Shown here: in pieces, positions 48,020 to 58,141 of the stretch | How the letters are laid out: the number at the start of each line of letters is the position of its first letter | How positions within the stretch are numbered: position 1 is the first letter of the stretch | Source: an uncultured Desulfobacterales bacterium | GTDB taxonomy: Bacteria; Desulfobacterota; Dissulfuribacteria; Dissulfuribacterales; QOAL01 | Direction: 5' to 3' | DNA: 64,000 nt | Assembly (NCBI GenBank): GCA_964573805.1 | Contig: CAZNKP010000020.1 | Span: 3,761 to 67,760, forward strand | Position numbers and translations under genes: made by a program | Notes under the pieces: model-generated | The model's database searches: none | What the model was told of the DNA's origin: nothing | Seen by the model: the letters and a program-made list of their open reading frames with translations, nothing else

Positions 48020-49094
48020 TCTTGCCAAAAGGCAGGAGAGTCATGGCTTTTTATTAGAGCTTACAGATAAAGACGGACTTAGAGGATACGGTGAAGGTAC
48101 GCCCAGATCTTATGTCACAGGGGAGGCCTTTGAAGAGACAAAAAAGGTTCTCAATCAGATTGCTGGGGAGCTTGTTGGTTACCAAGCAGAAAACGAAGGC
48201 ATTTTCCTGCATTTTTTAGAACAACTAAAGGAAGACGACAGGTTAGCATCATATCCTTCAGCACTTTGTTGCCTTGAGCTGGCCCTTTTGGATCTCTATT
48301 GCAAAAGAATCAGTATCCCCATATGGAAACTCGTAGTGGACAAGCCAGCTACTGATACCATCTCTTATTCCTCTATCCTTCCACTTCTTTCCTCAATGCA
48401 GCGCAAGTCCATTCTCAGGCTTACAAAGCAGTTCCAGATACGCCAAATAAAAACAAAGGCCACCTCAATTGGTGATACCTTAAAGGTTGTGACTGAAATA
48501 CAAAACACTCTAGGGGCTGATGCTGATATTCGGATTGACGCAAACGGGGCATTCAGCGCTGAACAGGCTATTGGCCTTGCTAGAGAAATAGAGGCGGCAG
48601 GGCTTTCCATTTCTAGCCTGGAACAGCCTGTCCCCAAAGAAGATCTGGAGGGCATGAAAGAGGTAGAGAAGGCAACAGGGCTTCCAACTATAGCTGATGA
48701 ATCCTTTTGCTCTAAAGATGATCTCCAAAGGATAATAGCTAAAAGGAGTTGCAAAGGTCTTAATGTCAGGCTTTCAAAGTGTGGCGGATTATTGAACTGC
48801 AAGGATATGGTTGAATGTGCCAGGAATGCCGGTCTATTTTGTCAACTTGGATGCCATGTTGGAGAAACATCTATACTTTATGCAGCTGGTCGTCAACTTG
48901 CTGCCATATGTGGACCTTTTAGATATACAGAGGGATGTTATTCAAAATTCCTGTTAAAAGAAGATATTGTCCTAAATCCCCTGGAATTTGGTTTGGAAGG
49001 CAAGACAACCATTCCGACTGATCCTGGGCTTGGAGTCAAAATCAAAGAGTCGGCCTTGAGACGTTACTGTCATCCTGTGGCCGAAATATACTGA
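47952..49094 (+). CDS. Enolase-superfamily enzyme (MLE/epimerase subgroup)
   Basis: GYGEG, KxK (KTK), RIDANG, LEQPV, IADES, LSKCGG, GCHVGE. Confidence 0.85.
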   Translation: MLIIKKAKIFQVRIPFSVQVTHNLAKRQESHGFLLELTDKDGLRGYGEGTPRSYVTGEAFEETKKVLNQIAGELVGYQAENEGIFLHFLEQLKEDDRLASYPSALCCLELALLDLYCKRISIPIWKLVVDKPATDTISYSSILPLLSSMQRKSILRLTKQFQIRQIKTKATSIGDTLKVVTEIQNTLGADADIRIDANGAFSAEQAIGLAREIEAAGLSISSLEQPVPKEDLEGMKEVEKATGLPTIADESFCSKDDLQRIIAKRSCKGLNVRLSKCGGLLNCKDMVECARNAGLFCQLGCHVGETSILYAAGRQLAAICGPFRYTEGCYSKFLLKEDIVLNPLEFGLEGKTTIPTDPGLGVKIKESALRRYCHPVAEIY

Positions 49095-49111
49095 CATATT
49101 ACAGGCCAACA

Positions 49112-50449
49112 TCAACTTTCAGGGCAGTTATCTGAAAAGGGCTGATTTGAGAAGATTCTATTTAAACGTCCTCTTATCTCGGGATGATATTCAACCCTAT
49201 TATTGATGTCTCTCAACCCGGGGGGTAACTTTTGCTGCGAACAAATTGTCCTTTTTCTTATTTCCCTGAGATTATCTTGATAAATCCGCTTTCCCCTTTT
49301 CATAACCCTGACCAAAAGGGGCTTCGCAGATGGAATATTTTCATCCATAGTTGTTATAACATCCGATTCAAACAGTCCCTTCCTGTCAAAGCATCTGAAT
49401 ACCTGTTTTCTATATGGCAAGGTCTTCTTTCCTGTTGAATACTTCATACGTGGTGCTCTTTCGTATTCAACCATCTTATAGGCGCAATCCAAAAATGGCG
49501 CATCGGCTGAGGTGTCTACTAGGGTGCCAACGCCAAAGCCGTCTATAGGTGCACCACTTGCAACTAGGTTATTGATCTTTGTTTCATCCAGTCCCCCAGA
49601 GACAAATATCAAAAGCTCATTGCAACCTTCTTGATCAAAGATTTTTCGCACCCGCCTCGAAAGCTCAAACAGGTCACCGCTGTCAATTCGGACGCCTTTG
49701 ATCCTGATTCCCTTTTTCAAATATTCGTGATAAAGTCTTGTGACCAGCCTGGCACATTTTAGGGTGTCAAAGGTATCGATGAGCAAAATGGCCTTCTGGG
49801 GATGCATGTCAATGAAACTTCTAAAGGCCGCCTCTTCTGAACCGTGGGCAAGAACAAACGAATGGGCCATTGTGCCCGTAACAGGAATGCCGTATGCTCT
49901 GCCAGCCTCAACTGTGGCAGTGCCACTAAAACCTCCAATGTAACATGCCCGGGAAGCCAAAAGTCCTGCTGAGGCTTCATGGCTGCGCCTTAGTCCAAAA
50001 TCTAGTAAAGGCTTACCCCTTGCCGCCAGTGTAACCCGTATGGCCTTGCTGGCAATAAGTATCTGAAAATGCAAGATATTGATAATCCGTGTCTCTACAA
50101 GCTGTGCCTGTGGAAGTGGAGCTTCTACTCTCAGGATGGGTTCGTTTGCAAAGAAGATGGTTCCTTCTGGCATTGCCCAGACGTCTCCAACAAACGAGAA
50201 TTTGGCAAGATAATCTAGTAGATCTTGACTGAAACCGATTTCCTTTAGATACGAAAGCTCTTCTATTCCGAAACGCAGGCCTTCTAGATACATCATCACC
50301 TGCTCAAGACCTGCTGCTACCAAAAAATTCCGTTTTTCTGGAAGCTTTCTTACAAAAAACTCAAAACTTGCCCATCCATTGAGGCCTCTTTTCACATAGA
50401 CCTCGATCATAGATAACTGATAGTAATCTAACAAAAGGGGGCAATTCAC
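49112..50449 (-). CDS. pncB: Nicotinate phosphoribosyltransferase
   Basis: LLDYYQLSM, DFGLRR, GTMAHS, LIDTFD, RIDSGD, GFGVGT; GTG start after GAGGTG. Confidence 0.93.
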   Translation of the reverse strand: MNCPLLLDYYQLSMIEVYVKRGLNGWASFEFFVRKLPEKRNFLVAAGLEQVMMYLEGLRFGIEELSYLKEIGFSQDLLDYLAKFSFVGDVWAMPEGTIFFANEPILRVEAPLPQAQLVETRIINILHFQILIASKAIRVTLAARGKPLLDFGLRRSHEASAGLLASRACYIGGFSGTATVEAGRAYGIPVTGTMAHSFVLAHGSEEAAFRSFIDMHPQKAILLIDTFDTLKCARLVTRLYHEYLKKGIRIKGVRIDSGDLFELSRRVRKIFDQEGCNELLIFVSGGLDETKINNLVASGAPIDGFGVGTLVDTSADAPFLDCAYKMVEYERAPRMKYSTGKKTLPYRKQVFRCFDRKGLFESDVITTMDENIPSAKPLLVRVMKRGKRIYQDNLREIRKRTICSQQKLPPGLRDINNRVEYHPEIRGRLNRIFSNQPFSDNCPES

Positions 50450-50457
50450 AGGCCACC

Positions 50458-51060
50458 TCACGCAAGATGTAGGCCTTTGAGCAATTTGGCTCCCAACTGC
50501 TCCATCCTGTTCAAGGCTTCGTTGGCCTTTTTTTCGTCCACTCCTAAGATACAATCGGTAATCACAAACGTGTCCAGACCCAGGTTGATAGCGTCTTTAA
50601 CTGTTTCAAAAACACAATATTCGGTGGCAAGGCCAGTTACAAATATCCTTTTCACATCCTTTTCCTTAATCATTGTGTATAGATCCGTGCCCTTAAATCC
50701 TGAATAGGCCTCTTGTTCCCTGTCGGTAGCCTTTGAAACAACATACGCGCTTGAAGGCACAAAGAGACCAGAGGCAAACATTGCCCCTTTTGTATTCTTG
50801 ACACAGTGCACAGGCCACATGCCTCCATAATCTTTAAAAGAACAGTGATCCTTTGGATGCCAGTCTCTAGTGAAAAATATAGGAAGCCCCTTTTTATCAA
50901 ACAAATTAACCATCCTGTTTATTGGCTCTATAAGCCTTCGCCCACCGGTTACGGCCAAAGCGCCTCCATCCATAAAATCTTCCTGCATGTCCACTACTAT
51001 CAGCCCGCAATATGCATCAAGGGCCACACATAGCTCGTTTCCTGTTTTCTCAACATACAT
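50458..51060 (-). CDS. pncA: Nicotinamidase/pyrazinamidase
   Basis: VVDMQEDF, DWHP..H, WPVHC, SK, GLATEYC. Confidence 0.92.
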   Translation of the reverse strand: MYVEKTGNELCVALDAYCGLIVVDMQEDFMDGGALAVTGGRRLIEPINRMVNLFDKKGLPIFFTRDWHPKDHCSFKDYGGMWPVHCVKNTKGAMFASGLFVPSSAYVVSKATDREQEAYSGFKGTDLYTMIKEKDVKRIFVTGLATEYCVFETVKDAINLGLDTFVITDCILGVDEKKANEALNRMEQLGAKLLKGLHLA

Positions 51061-52984
51061 GTTCAAATATCAGCCTGCCGGTGTCTCTTGTATCATATCC
51101 TCCCAAGGCTTCTACTGCCTTTTTAAAACATTCTTCCCTTATACATTCGAGGAAAAGTCTTATCGGGTGCTGGCCCATTAATCTTTTTAAGATCAGTATG
51201 TCATACCTCTCTTCCACCACTGGAATAAAATCGAGTCCCAGGGCCTTTGCAGCCGACAGTATCCCAAGTCCTGCATCTGCCTTTCCGCTCAGTACACTCA
51301 CAGCCACTGCCATATGAGTGTATTCTTCATTTTCATATCCTTTGACACGGCTTGGATTCAATCCTGCTTTTGAGAGTTCAAAATCCAACAATACCCTTGT
51401 TCCAGAACCAAGCTGTCTGTTTACAAATGTGATATCATGGCGCTCTAGATCTTTTAAAGAAGAGATTCCTTTTGGATTGCCCTTAGGCACCATTAAGCCT
51501 TGCTGCCTATACACCAAGTTTATCAAAATGGCCGGTTCGTTTATGTATCTTTTTATATAGCTCACGTTGTAACCACCATCTTCCGGATCAAGGAGATGGG
51601 TCCCTGCAATGTGACAAAGCCCCTTTGCAATAGCATGTATTCCTCCAAGGCTGCCCACATGGGTAGAGGCCATCTGAATAGCAGGCGATCTCTTTTTCAA
51701 CAAGTCTGAAATAATATCAAGGGAGAGATCGTGGCTGCCAATACATATCAGGGTCTTGTCGAGGCTCTGCCATGGTCTTAAAAGCTCAATATCAACCAGG
51801 CTCCCCTCTTCAATCCCTTCGGATTCCAAAGGTATCCTTAATATTCCGTTTGCCCTGGTAATAGTTGTAATTGAGCCAGCCCCCTTTTTTATAGGGCTCG
51901 CAACAATATGCTCTCCAACCTTGCCGGCAACAACCCGCCTAAACTCTTCGATTCCGGCCCTTGACGGCAAAGATTTTGACAGGATGGCCTTCGTCTTTGA
52001 AGGCTTGGGTACATCCTTACCCTGGAGTCTATTCAATAAAGGGGCAACTATTTGCTCAAATGCAATTATGGCAGAGACTGGATAACCAGGAATTCCTATT
52101 ACGGGTTTGCCTTTCACAATGCCTACAATTGTTGGCTTCCCTGGCATTACAGTAATTCCATGGACAAGGACCTGGCCGAGCCTTTCAAGTATGGATACTG
52201 TATAATCTGCTGAACCAGCAGATGAACCAGCATTGACAAGAACTACATGGGCATTGGAATCACAGGCCTTTATAACGGCCTTTTCTATTTCACATGGATC
52301 ATCTTTCACTATACTTGTTACTTGAGGTATGGCTCCGCATGCTTCTGCAAGAGATGCTAGCACTGCAGAGTTTGACTCTGGAATCTGTCCTGGCTCCGGA
52401 TTAGCGCCATCTAGGGACTCTAGATCGACTAGTTCCGAACCAGTTGGAATTATAGTTACAACTGGCCGTTTCCACACCTTGACCTTGAGATTCCCGCTGG
52501 CTATCAAGCCTCCTATATCATAAGGTGCCAATAAGTGATTGGTGGGAAAGACAAGTTCTGTCGCCACTATGTCTTCGCCAACTTTTCTGACATTTTGCCA
52601 TGGGAAGACCGGGGTGCGAATTAGGATGTGTTCCCTGGCCCTGTCTATAAGACAGTGCTCGATCATAACCACTGCATTTTTCCCTTCAGGCAGTGGGAAT
52701 CCTGTGTTTACAGCAAGGGCTTCATTTCCTATCTTTAAGGCAACAGGCTTGTCATCTCTGGCAGAAAAGGTTTGCTCTGCAACAACCGCATATCCGTCCA
52801 TAGCTGCTGAATGAAATCCTGGAGCGGATATACGGGCAAAAACCGGACATGATGTTACACGTCCAGAAGCTGCCTTGCTGGCTACTTCCTCGTCTCCCAC
52901 CATGTCTCCAGGGCCAAAGCGATCTAGCAGAAGAGAACGGGCCTGTCCTAATTCCTTCATGTTCAGATAAATTCTTCTTTTCAT
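51050..52984 (-). CDS. moeA: Molybdopterin biosynthesis MoeA fused to a PBP/LysR-type substrate-binding domain
   Basis: AMDGYAV, IPTGSE, MPGKPT, PGYPVSA, then GSHD, GSLGG, NRQ.GSGTR. Confidence 0.92.
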   Translation of the reverse strand: MKRRIYLNMKELGQARSLLLDRFGPGDMVGDEEVASKAASGRVTSCPVFARISAPGFHSAAMDGYAVVAEQTFSARDDKPVALKIGNEALAVNTGFPLPEGKNAVVMIEHCLIDRAREHILIRTPVFPWQNVRKVGEDIVATELVFPTNHLLAPYDIGGLIASGNLKVKVWKRPVVTIIPTGSELVDLESLDGANPEPGQIPESNSAVLASLAEACGAIPQVTSIVKDDPCEIEKAVIKACDSNAHVVLVNAGSSAGSADYTVSILERLGQVLVHGITVMPGKPTIVGIVKGKPVIGIPGYPVSAIIAFEQIVAPLLNRLQGKDVPKPSKTKAILSKSLPSRAGIEEFRRVVAGKVGEHIVASPIKKGAGSITTITRANGILRIPLESEGIEEGSLVDIELLRPWQSLDKTLICIGSHDLSLDIISDLLKKRSPAIQMASTHVGSLGGIHAIAKGLCHIAGTHLLDPEDGGYNVSYIKRYINEPAILINLVYRQQGLMVPKGNPKGISSLKDLERHDITFVNRQLGSGTRVLLDFELSKAGLNPSRVKGYENEEYTHMAVAVSVLSGKADAGLGILSAAKALGLDFIPVVEERYDILILKRLMGQHPIRLFLECIREECFKKAVEALGGYDTRDTGRLIFEHVC

Positions 52985-54222
52985 GGCAGTAGCATCACCT
53001 CCGCCTCTTCTCCCTCATGATATCCTTCTCTGTCTCGCGGTATTTTCAACAGCCCTTGGGCAGCGACAAGGGTAGAGATCAGTCCGGACTTGCCATAGAT
53101 GGGATAGGCCACAGGTAGGTCGACATTGTCCTCCCTTTGCAATCGAACCCTAACGTAGTCTTCCCTCCCTGTGACTGAAGGAAACATCTGGCCGCATATT
53201 ACATCCTTGAATTCCATGCCTGTGTCAGGGGCCAGTCCCAACATAATGTTAAGCAGGTACTGGACAAATAACAGATACACCACCATACAAGAGGCAGCAT
53301 GGCCTGGAAGACCAAAAAGGGCCTTATCTCCAAGACGGGAAATGATGGTAGGTTTGCCAGGCCTTATGGCCACTCCATGGACAAGGGGAGGAGAGCCCGA
53401 AAGATTCCGAAACACCTTTAAGGTGTAGTCCCTTGCTCCAACAGAGCTTCCACCTGATACAAGAATCACATCAGCCCCAAGCTCCAGGGCTTCCTTGCAT
53501 CTTTGGTATATTGCATCAAAAGAATCTTTAACTATGCCCAACCTTACAGGGATACCTCCTCCTTGACATACAAGGGCCGACAGGGTTGTTGAGTTGATAT
53601 CTCTAACTTTTCCAATACTAATGGATTCGTTTTCTGAGACAATTTCATCTCCAGTGCTTATAATGGCCACTTTGGGCCTTTTGATCACCTGCACCTTTGT
53701 CACTCCAAGGCCTGCCAAAAGTCCAAGGTCCTGTGGACGAAGCCTTGCCCCTTTTTTTATACATACCTGACCCTTTTGACAATCTTCACCCTTTAATATG
53801 ACGTTATCATTTGGTGCGGCTGCCTTATATATCTCTATTAGTGATGGATCAATCTCTTTGGTATATTCTACCATGACCACCGCATCTGCTCCCTTTGGCA
53901 ACATGCCTCCTGTCCATATTCGAACCGCTTCACCCACATCTAAGGGCCCTGCTCCTGGATCTTGACCCATTTGCACCTCACCAATCACCTTTAACAGGGC
54001 AGGCTCTGTTTCAGAGGCACCGAATATGTCTTTGGCGCGCACTGCATATCCATCCATTGTGGAACGAGAAAAAGGAGGAAGATCCTCGGGAGATAAAATG
54101 TCGCAAGCCACAGTCCTTCCCAGGGCATCTGAAAGGGCCACTTGCTTGTGTGTTAGTTCCGGAAAGGACTGCAAAATTTGCTGTACTTGTGATGTTGTCA
54201 AAAGCCTGAAAAAGCCCTTCAT
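52981..54222 (-). CDS. moeA: Molybdopterin molybdotransferase MoeA (Glp)
   Basis: PPFSRSTMDGYAV, STGDE, SGGSSVG..D, RPGKP. Confidence 0.94.
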   Translation of the reverse strand: MKGFFRLLTTSQVQQILQSFPELTHKQVALSDALGRTVACDILSPEDLPPFSRSTMDGYAVRAKDIFGASETEPALLKVIGEVQMGQDPGAGPLDVGEAVRIWTGGMLPKGADAVVMVEYTKEIDPSLIEIYKAAAPNDNVILKGEDCQKGQVCIKKGARLRPQDLGLLAGLGVTKVQVIKRPKVAIISTGDEIVSENESISIGKVRDINSTTLSALVCQGGGIPVRLGIVKDSFDAIYQRCKEALELGADVILVSGGSSVGARDYTLKVFRNLSGSPPLVHGVAIRPGKPTIISRLGDKALFGLPGHAASCMVVYLLFVQYLLNIMLGLAPDTGMEFKDVICGQMFPSVTGREDYVRVRLQREDNVDLPVAYPIYGKSGLISTLVAAQGLLKIPRDREGYHEGEEAEVMLLP

Positions 54223-54320
54223 GAGCGAGGCTCCCCAAAAATCTGAATTTAGACAACACTCTTGCCCTGTTTCTGGTCAAAGTCAAGAACAAGACTTGAA
54301 GGATGAGAAAGAAACCAGTT

Positions 54321-55019
54321 CTACCGATCCTTACACGATAGTTTGTCAAGACTCAAAGCCGCCAAGTCAGCAATGGATATCTCTTTTAGGTCATCATCAA
54401 GGAAAATCTTTACGAGCCTTCTATCCGACAGATTATTAGCTATATCGTCGCACAGTTCCCTGACACCGGAATAACCAAGAGCCAAGATAGCAAGGGCCTT
54501 TGATTCGGCATCCCGATCTGATAAGTAACCTTTTAATATCTTCCATGCCTCTATCTCTCTAAAGATTTTCGTCCTGGTCTTGGCAAGCCTATAAAGGCCC
54601 CAAAGTGCCCCGCGTCTTAAAGGCATGTATTCTAGAAAGTTTCCATCTTCCCATATATATGAAAGAAGAATCCTGGAATACTCTCTGGCAAGGATTTCGT
54701 TTTGAGACATGGCCTCTGCCATGGCCTCTGGAGCCCCCCAGCCTATACCTCCAGATTCGTCGTTGAGGCTCCACATAAGCCTCCTCATTACAACTCTAGC
54801 CGCTTCTACATCCTTTTGGGCCAAGCGATTTATCACGTGTCCAAAGGCCCTTATCGCAATCCATCGTTCAAGGCCTTCAGGTTGGTAGAAGCTTCTGATA
54901 AGAGTTGAAATTAGCTTTTGGGGTGGGAATGACGAGATATAATCCATAACAGGCGGAAGCCTCCCCTCTTTAAGGAGCAGGGATAACCTCCGCCTATCTT
55001 TATAAGAAAAACCGGACAT
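54321..55019 (-). CDS. DVU0298 family HEAT-repeat protein
   Basis: RLMWSLNDESGGIGWGAPEAMAE; start adjusted to MSGFS. Confidence 0.78.
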   Translation of the reverse strand: MSGFSYKDRRRLSLLLKEGRLPPVMDYISSFPPQKLISTLIRSFYQPEGLERWIAIRAFGHVINRLAQKDVEAARVVMRRLMWSLNDESGGIGWGAPEAMAEAMSQNEILAREYSRILLSYIWEDGNFLEYMPLRRGALWGLYRLAKTRTKIFREIEAWKILKGYLSDRDAESKALAILALGYSGVRELCDDIANNLSDRRLVKIFLDDDLKEISIADLAALSLDKLSCKDR

Positions 55020-55036
55020 GATGGCATGTGCTATTT

Positions 55037-55366
55037 CTAGTCTAGCGGCTCCATCTCTTTGCCACAACACATAGGAACCGGCTGGCCCATCCTGCAGTTC
55101 ATGTATTTGTTGCATACAGCACAATAATAGGTACAGTCTTCCTCTACTTTGTGTTCTGGTGAATAAGTGGTCTGACCACCTTTGATACCCTCTATATGAA
55201 ACCTGGCTACCTTGTCGTGTCCTGGAACATAGTTTCCCATTGGCACTATCTTTTTATTATCTCCATAACAGTCGACCACAACTTTCCAAAGCACCTCCAA
55301 GGACGCTGCCTCTTGGGGGTTTTCTGGTTCAAATTCAACTACATTTTTATCTACTAAGATCTTCAT
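55037..55366 (-). CDS. Small protein with C-terminal desulforedoxin-like CxxC...CC domain
   Basis: CAVC-x14-CCG; start adjusted to MKILV. Confidence 0.65.
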   Translation of the reverse strand: MKILVDKNVVEFEPENPQEAASLEVLWKVVVDCYGDNKKIVPMGNYVPGHDKVARFHIEGIKGGQTTYSPEHKVEEDCTYYCAVCNKYMNCRMGQPVPMCCGKEMEPLD

Positions 55367-55397
55367 ATATCTTGAAACTCCTTGTTGCTTTGTAAGT

Positions 55398-56603
55398 TTA
55401 GTTCTGATTCTCAAGAGAGTCTATTATCTTTTGCCCCATAAGCTGTCCGATCTCTTTGCACTTTTTAAGGTCTTCGTGGGTCGGCACATACTTTACCTTC
55501 ATTCCTTCATGAACCAGCTCAAACTTCCATTCTTCCATTGCCTTATTCATATGTTTTACTGCCTCTCCGCTCCAACCATAAGAACCAAATGCAAAGCCAA
55601 ACTTCTGGGCTGGCCTTAGCCCCCGAAGGTACATAAGGAAACCAGCCATGGCGGGCAAGAGCCCGTTGTTTAAGGTTGGACAGCCAAGACATATACCTTT
55701 TGCATCTATTACATCTGTTACAATCTCGCTTCTATGATTAACGCCAAGATCAAGAAGCTTTACGCTTACGCCCGTTGATTCGAGGCCATCTGCCACCGCC
55801 TTGGCCATCATCTCGGTGCTATGCCACATGGTATCATATATTACCAAGGCCTTTTGGGTTCCCCTGTGGTGTGACCAATTTTCATAGGCCTTTAGGATCT
55901 TGCCAGGGTCTTTTCTCCAAATAACACCATGATCCGGGGCTATCATGTCTATCTCAATTCCAGCATCTGCAACACTTTTTAGGAGTTTTCTGACCTGTGG
56001 TGAATAGAGATAGAGTATGTTGGCGTAGTATTTCTTTGCCTGGTACATGAGTTCGGATTGGTCTACTTCATCATCAAAGCGCTCGCTTGTGCCAAGGTGC
56101 TGTCCAAATGCGTCACTTGATATGAGAAGCTTCTCCTCTGGAATGTAGGAAAACATGGAGTCTGGCCAATGCAACATCCTTGTCTCTATAAATGTTATGG
56201 AGCGCTTGCCAACTGATATGGTTTCCCCGTTTTCTACCACATGATATGGCCATTCTGGCCTGTGAAAGTGGGCTAGAAGATTTTTATGTCCCATCTTGGA
56301 GCAGATTATTTTTTCTGGTTTTACAAGTTCTACGATTTCCGGCAAAGAACCACTGTGATCCATTTCTACATGGTTGACCACTATATAGTCGATCTTTTCC
56401 GGATCGGTCAGGGTGCGTATCCTATGCACCAAATCGGAGCACAGGTTATGTTTTACAGTGTCAAAGAGGACGGTCTTTTCATCAAACATCAAAAAGGCAT
56501 TATAGGTCGTACCCTTATAGGTTGAATAGCCATGGAAGTCTCTTACAAGCCAGTCCACAGCCCCTACCCAGTAGATATCTTTCTTTATCTCATATACCTG
56601 CAT
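55398..56603 (-). CDS. fprA: Flavodiiron protein (rubredoxin:oxygen/NO oxidoreductase)
   Basis: HVEMDHSG, HWPD, SDAFG, PDHG; flavodoxin domain TMWHST, SYGWSG. Confidence 0.95.
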   Translation of the reverse strand: MQVYEIKKDIYWVGAVDWLVRDFHGYSTYKGTTYNAFLMFDEKTVLFDTVKHNLCSDLVHRIRTLTDPEKIDYIVVNHVEMDHSGSLPEIVELVKPEKIICSKMGHKNLLAHFHRPEWPYHVVENGETISVGKRSITFIETRMLHWPDSMFSYIPEEKLLISSDAFGQHLGTSERFDDEVDQSELMYQAKKYYANILYLYSPQVRKLLKSVADAGIEIDMIAPDHGVIWRKDPGKILKAYENWSHHRGTQKALVIYDTMWHSTEMMAKAVADGLESTGVSVKLLDLGVNHRSEIVTDVIDAKGICLGCPTLNNGLLPAMAGFLMYLRGLRPAQKFGFAFGSYGWSGEAVKHMNKAMEEWKFELVHEGMKVKYVPTHEDLKKCKEIGQLMGQKIIDSLENQN

Positions 56604-56621
56604 AACGATTTTCCTCCACTA

Positions 56622-56783
56622 CTACTCTGCCGGCTCGAACTGATCCTTTGATGCTCCACAGATGGGACAAGTCCAGTCCTCTGGAAGATCATCAAAGGGC
56701 GTGCCGGGCTTAATGCCATTTTCAGGATCTCCGTTTTTAGGATCATATACATAGCCGCATACTGTACATCTATACTGTTTCAT
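56622..56783 (-). CDS. rub: Rubredoxin
   Basis: [10 protein letters not shown]...WTCPICG. Confidence 0.95.
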   Translation of the reverse strand: MKQYRCTVCGYVYDPKNGDPENGIKPGTPFDDLPEDWTCPICGASKDQFEPAE

Positions 56784-56866
56784 TGATTTCACCTCTGTCC
56801 TTTTCGAGGCCACCTCAAAAAATTTTTCATGGATCTTCAAAACTTGAGGATGGCCTTTGTTTATTT

Positions 56867-57088
56867 CTATGCTGTAGTTTTGGTATGTGCTTCCGCAACA
56901 GACCCATCACCTGCCAAAGGCCTGAACATGGCCTTTGTGGCACCGCATACAGGGCATCTCCAATCATCTGGAAGATCCTCAAATTTTGTCCCCTTGGGGA
57001 TCTTTCCTTTCCTGTCTCCTTTATCGGGATTATAAATATAGCCACAGTTGACAGTTTGACACTGGTACATCTCTTCAGGCTGTGCCAT
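56867..57088 (-). CDS. Rubredoxin-like protein (CxxxxC type)
   Basis: [10 protein letters not shown]...WRCPVCG. Confidence 0.88.
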   Translation of the reverse strand: MAQPEEMYQCQTVNCGYIYNPDKGDRKGKIPKGTKFEDLPDDWRCPVCGATKAMFRPLAGDGSVAEAHTKTTA

Positions 57089-57153
57089 GATTTCCTCCTT
57101 GATTTAGTGGTGTGGCCAGGCTTTTTTCGGCCTTTTATGAAAAATCAAAAGCT

Positions 57154-57184
57154 GCAGGGCCTGTTGTTTTTAACAGGCACCTGC
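57154..57184 (-). terminator. Rho-independent terminator after ferritin
   Basis: Minus strand GCAGG-T-GCCTGTT-AAAAAC-AACAGGC-CCTGC followed by a T-rich tail. Confidence 0.65.
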
Positions 57185-57209
57185 CATTGTTACTCCAAAA
57201 GAAGGGCTA

Positions 57210-57731
57210 TTATTCTTGAGGCATCGGAACAGGAAGAGGTCTTTGGCCAAGCTCCCTGTCCACCATAAAGAGGCCGCCGCCCTTGCCATCAGGGCCACTG
57301 GCCAGTTTTAATTTCTGAACAACCGCATTTGCAGAAGCCTCTTCCTCCACCTGCTCGCTGACAAACCACTGGAGAAAGATCTGGGTGGCATGATCTTTTT
57401 CTTCAATAGCCAAATTCATAAGGTCGTTGATCAGGCTGGTTACGTACTGCTCATGCTCATAGGCATGCTCAAATACAGCCAAGGCCGAATCCCAGTCCTG
57501 CTTTGGGGCCTGAATGGCATCCAGCAAGACCCTGCCTCCGCGTTCGATCACAAAATCGTATATCTTCATGGCGTGAATCGTCTCTTCTTGGGTCTGGGCC
57601 TTCATCCACTTGGCACACCCTTCTAGATCCACGCTTTCAAAATACGAAGCCATTGATAGATACAGATAGGCCGAATAGAGTTCTGCATTTATCTGCTTAT
57701 TCAGTGCCTTTTCCATCTTTTCACTTAGCAT
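57210..57731 (-). CDS. ftn: Non-heme ferritin
   Basis: [32 protein letters not shown]; start adjusted to MLSEK. Confidence 0.93.
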   Translation of the reverse strand: MLSEKMEKALNKQINAELYSAYLYLSMASYFESVDLEGCAKWMKAQTQEETIHAMKIYDFVIERGGRVLLDAIQAPKQDWDSALAVFEHAYEHEQYVTSLINDLMNLAIEEKDHATQIFLQWFVSEQVEEEASANAVVQKLKLASGPDGKGGGLFMVDRELGQRPLPVPMPQE

Positions 57732-57733
57732 TT

Positions 57734-58108
57734 TTAGCTCCTCCACAGTCCATGAAGGTTGCAGTAGGCCCGGGCGGTTACCGTTGAGGCATCTGTGCAG
57801 AAACTTGCCTCTGGTTCCTGACCTGGCCTGAGAAATACACGCTGAGAGACATCTCCAGCAATAAGCTCGATCCACTCGATATAGTGTTTGTCTTCCATGG
57901 GATGGGCAGCAGTGCCGACTCTTACCTTGTAGCCCTTGTCTATCTTTTCTAATACAGGGACGTGTTTTTCTTTAGCAGCATCAACGGAATTCTCTTCCAT
58001 GAGCACCATGGGCTTACCGCAACATACCAACTGCCCTTTGCCCTCATGGACCATCTCGACCATGTTTCCGCAGATTTCACATTTGTATACCTCTAGTTTC
58101 CGAGTCAT
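57734..58108 (-). CDS. dfx: Desulfoferrodoxin (2Fe superoxide reductase)
   Basis: CEICGN-x-CCG desulforedoxin domain; EKHVP, HPM...HYIEW, CNLHG. Confidence 0.95.
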   Translation of the reverse strand: MTRKLEVYKCEICGNMVEMVHEGKGQLVCCGKPMVLMEENSVDAAKEKHVPVLEKIDKGYKVRVGTAAHPMEDKHYIEWIELIAGDVSQRVFLRPGQEPEASFCTDASTVTARAYCNLHGLWRS

Positions 58109-58141
58109 AGTCTTGCTCCTTTTGCCTTGTCTGATTAAATA

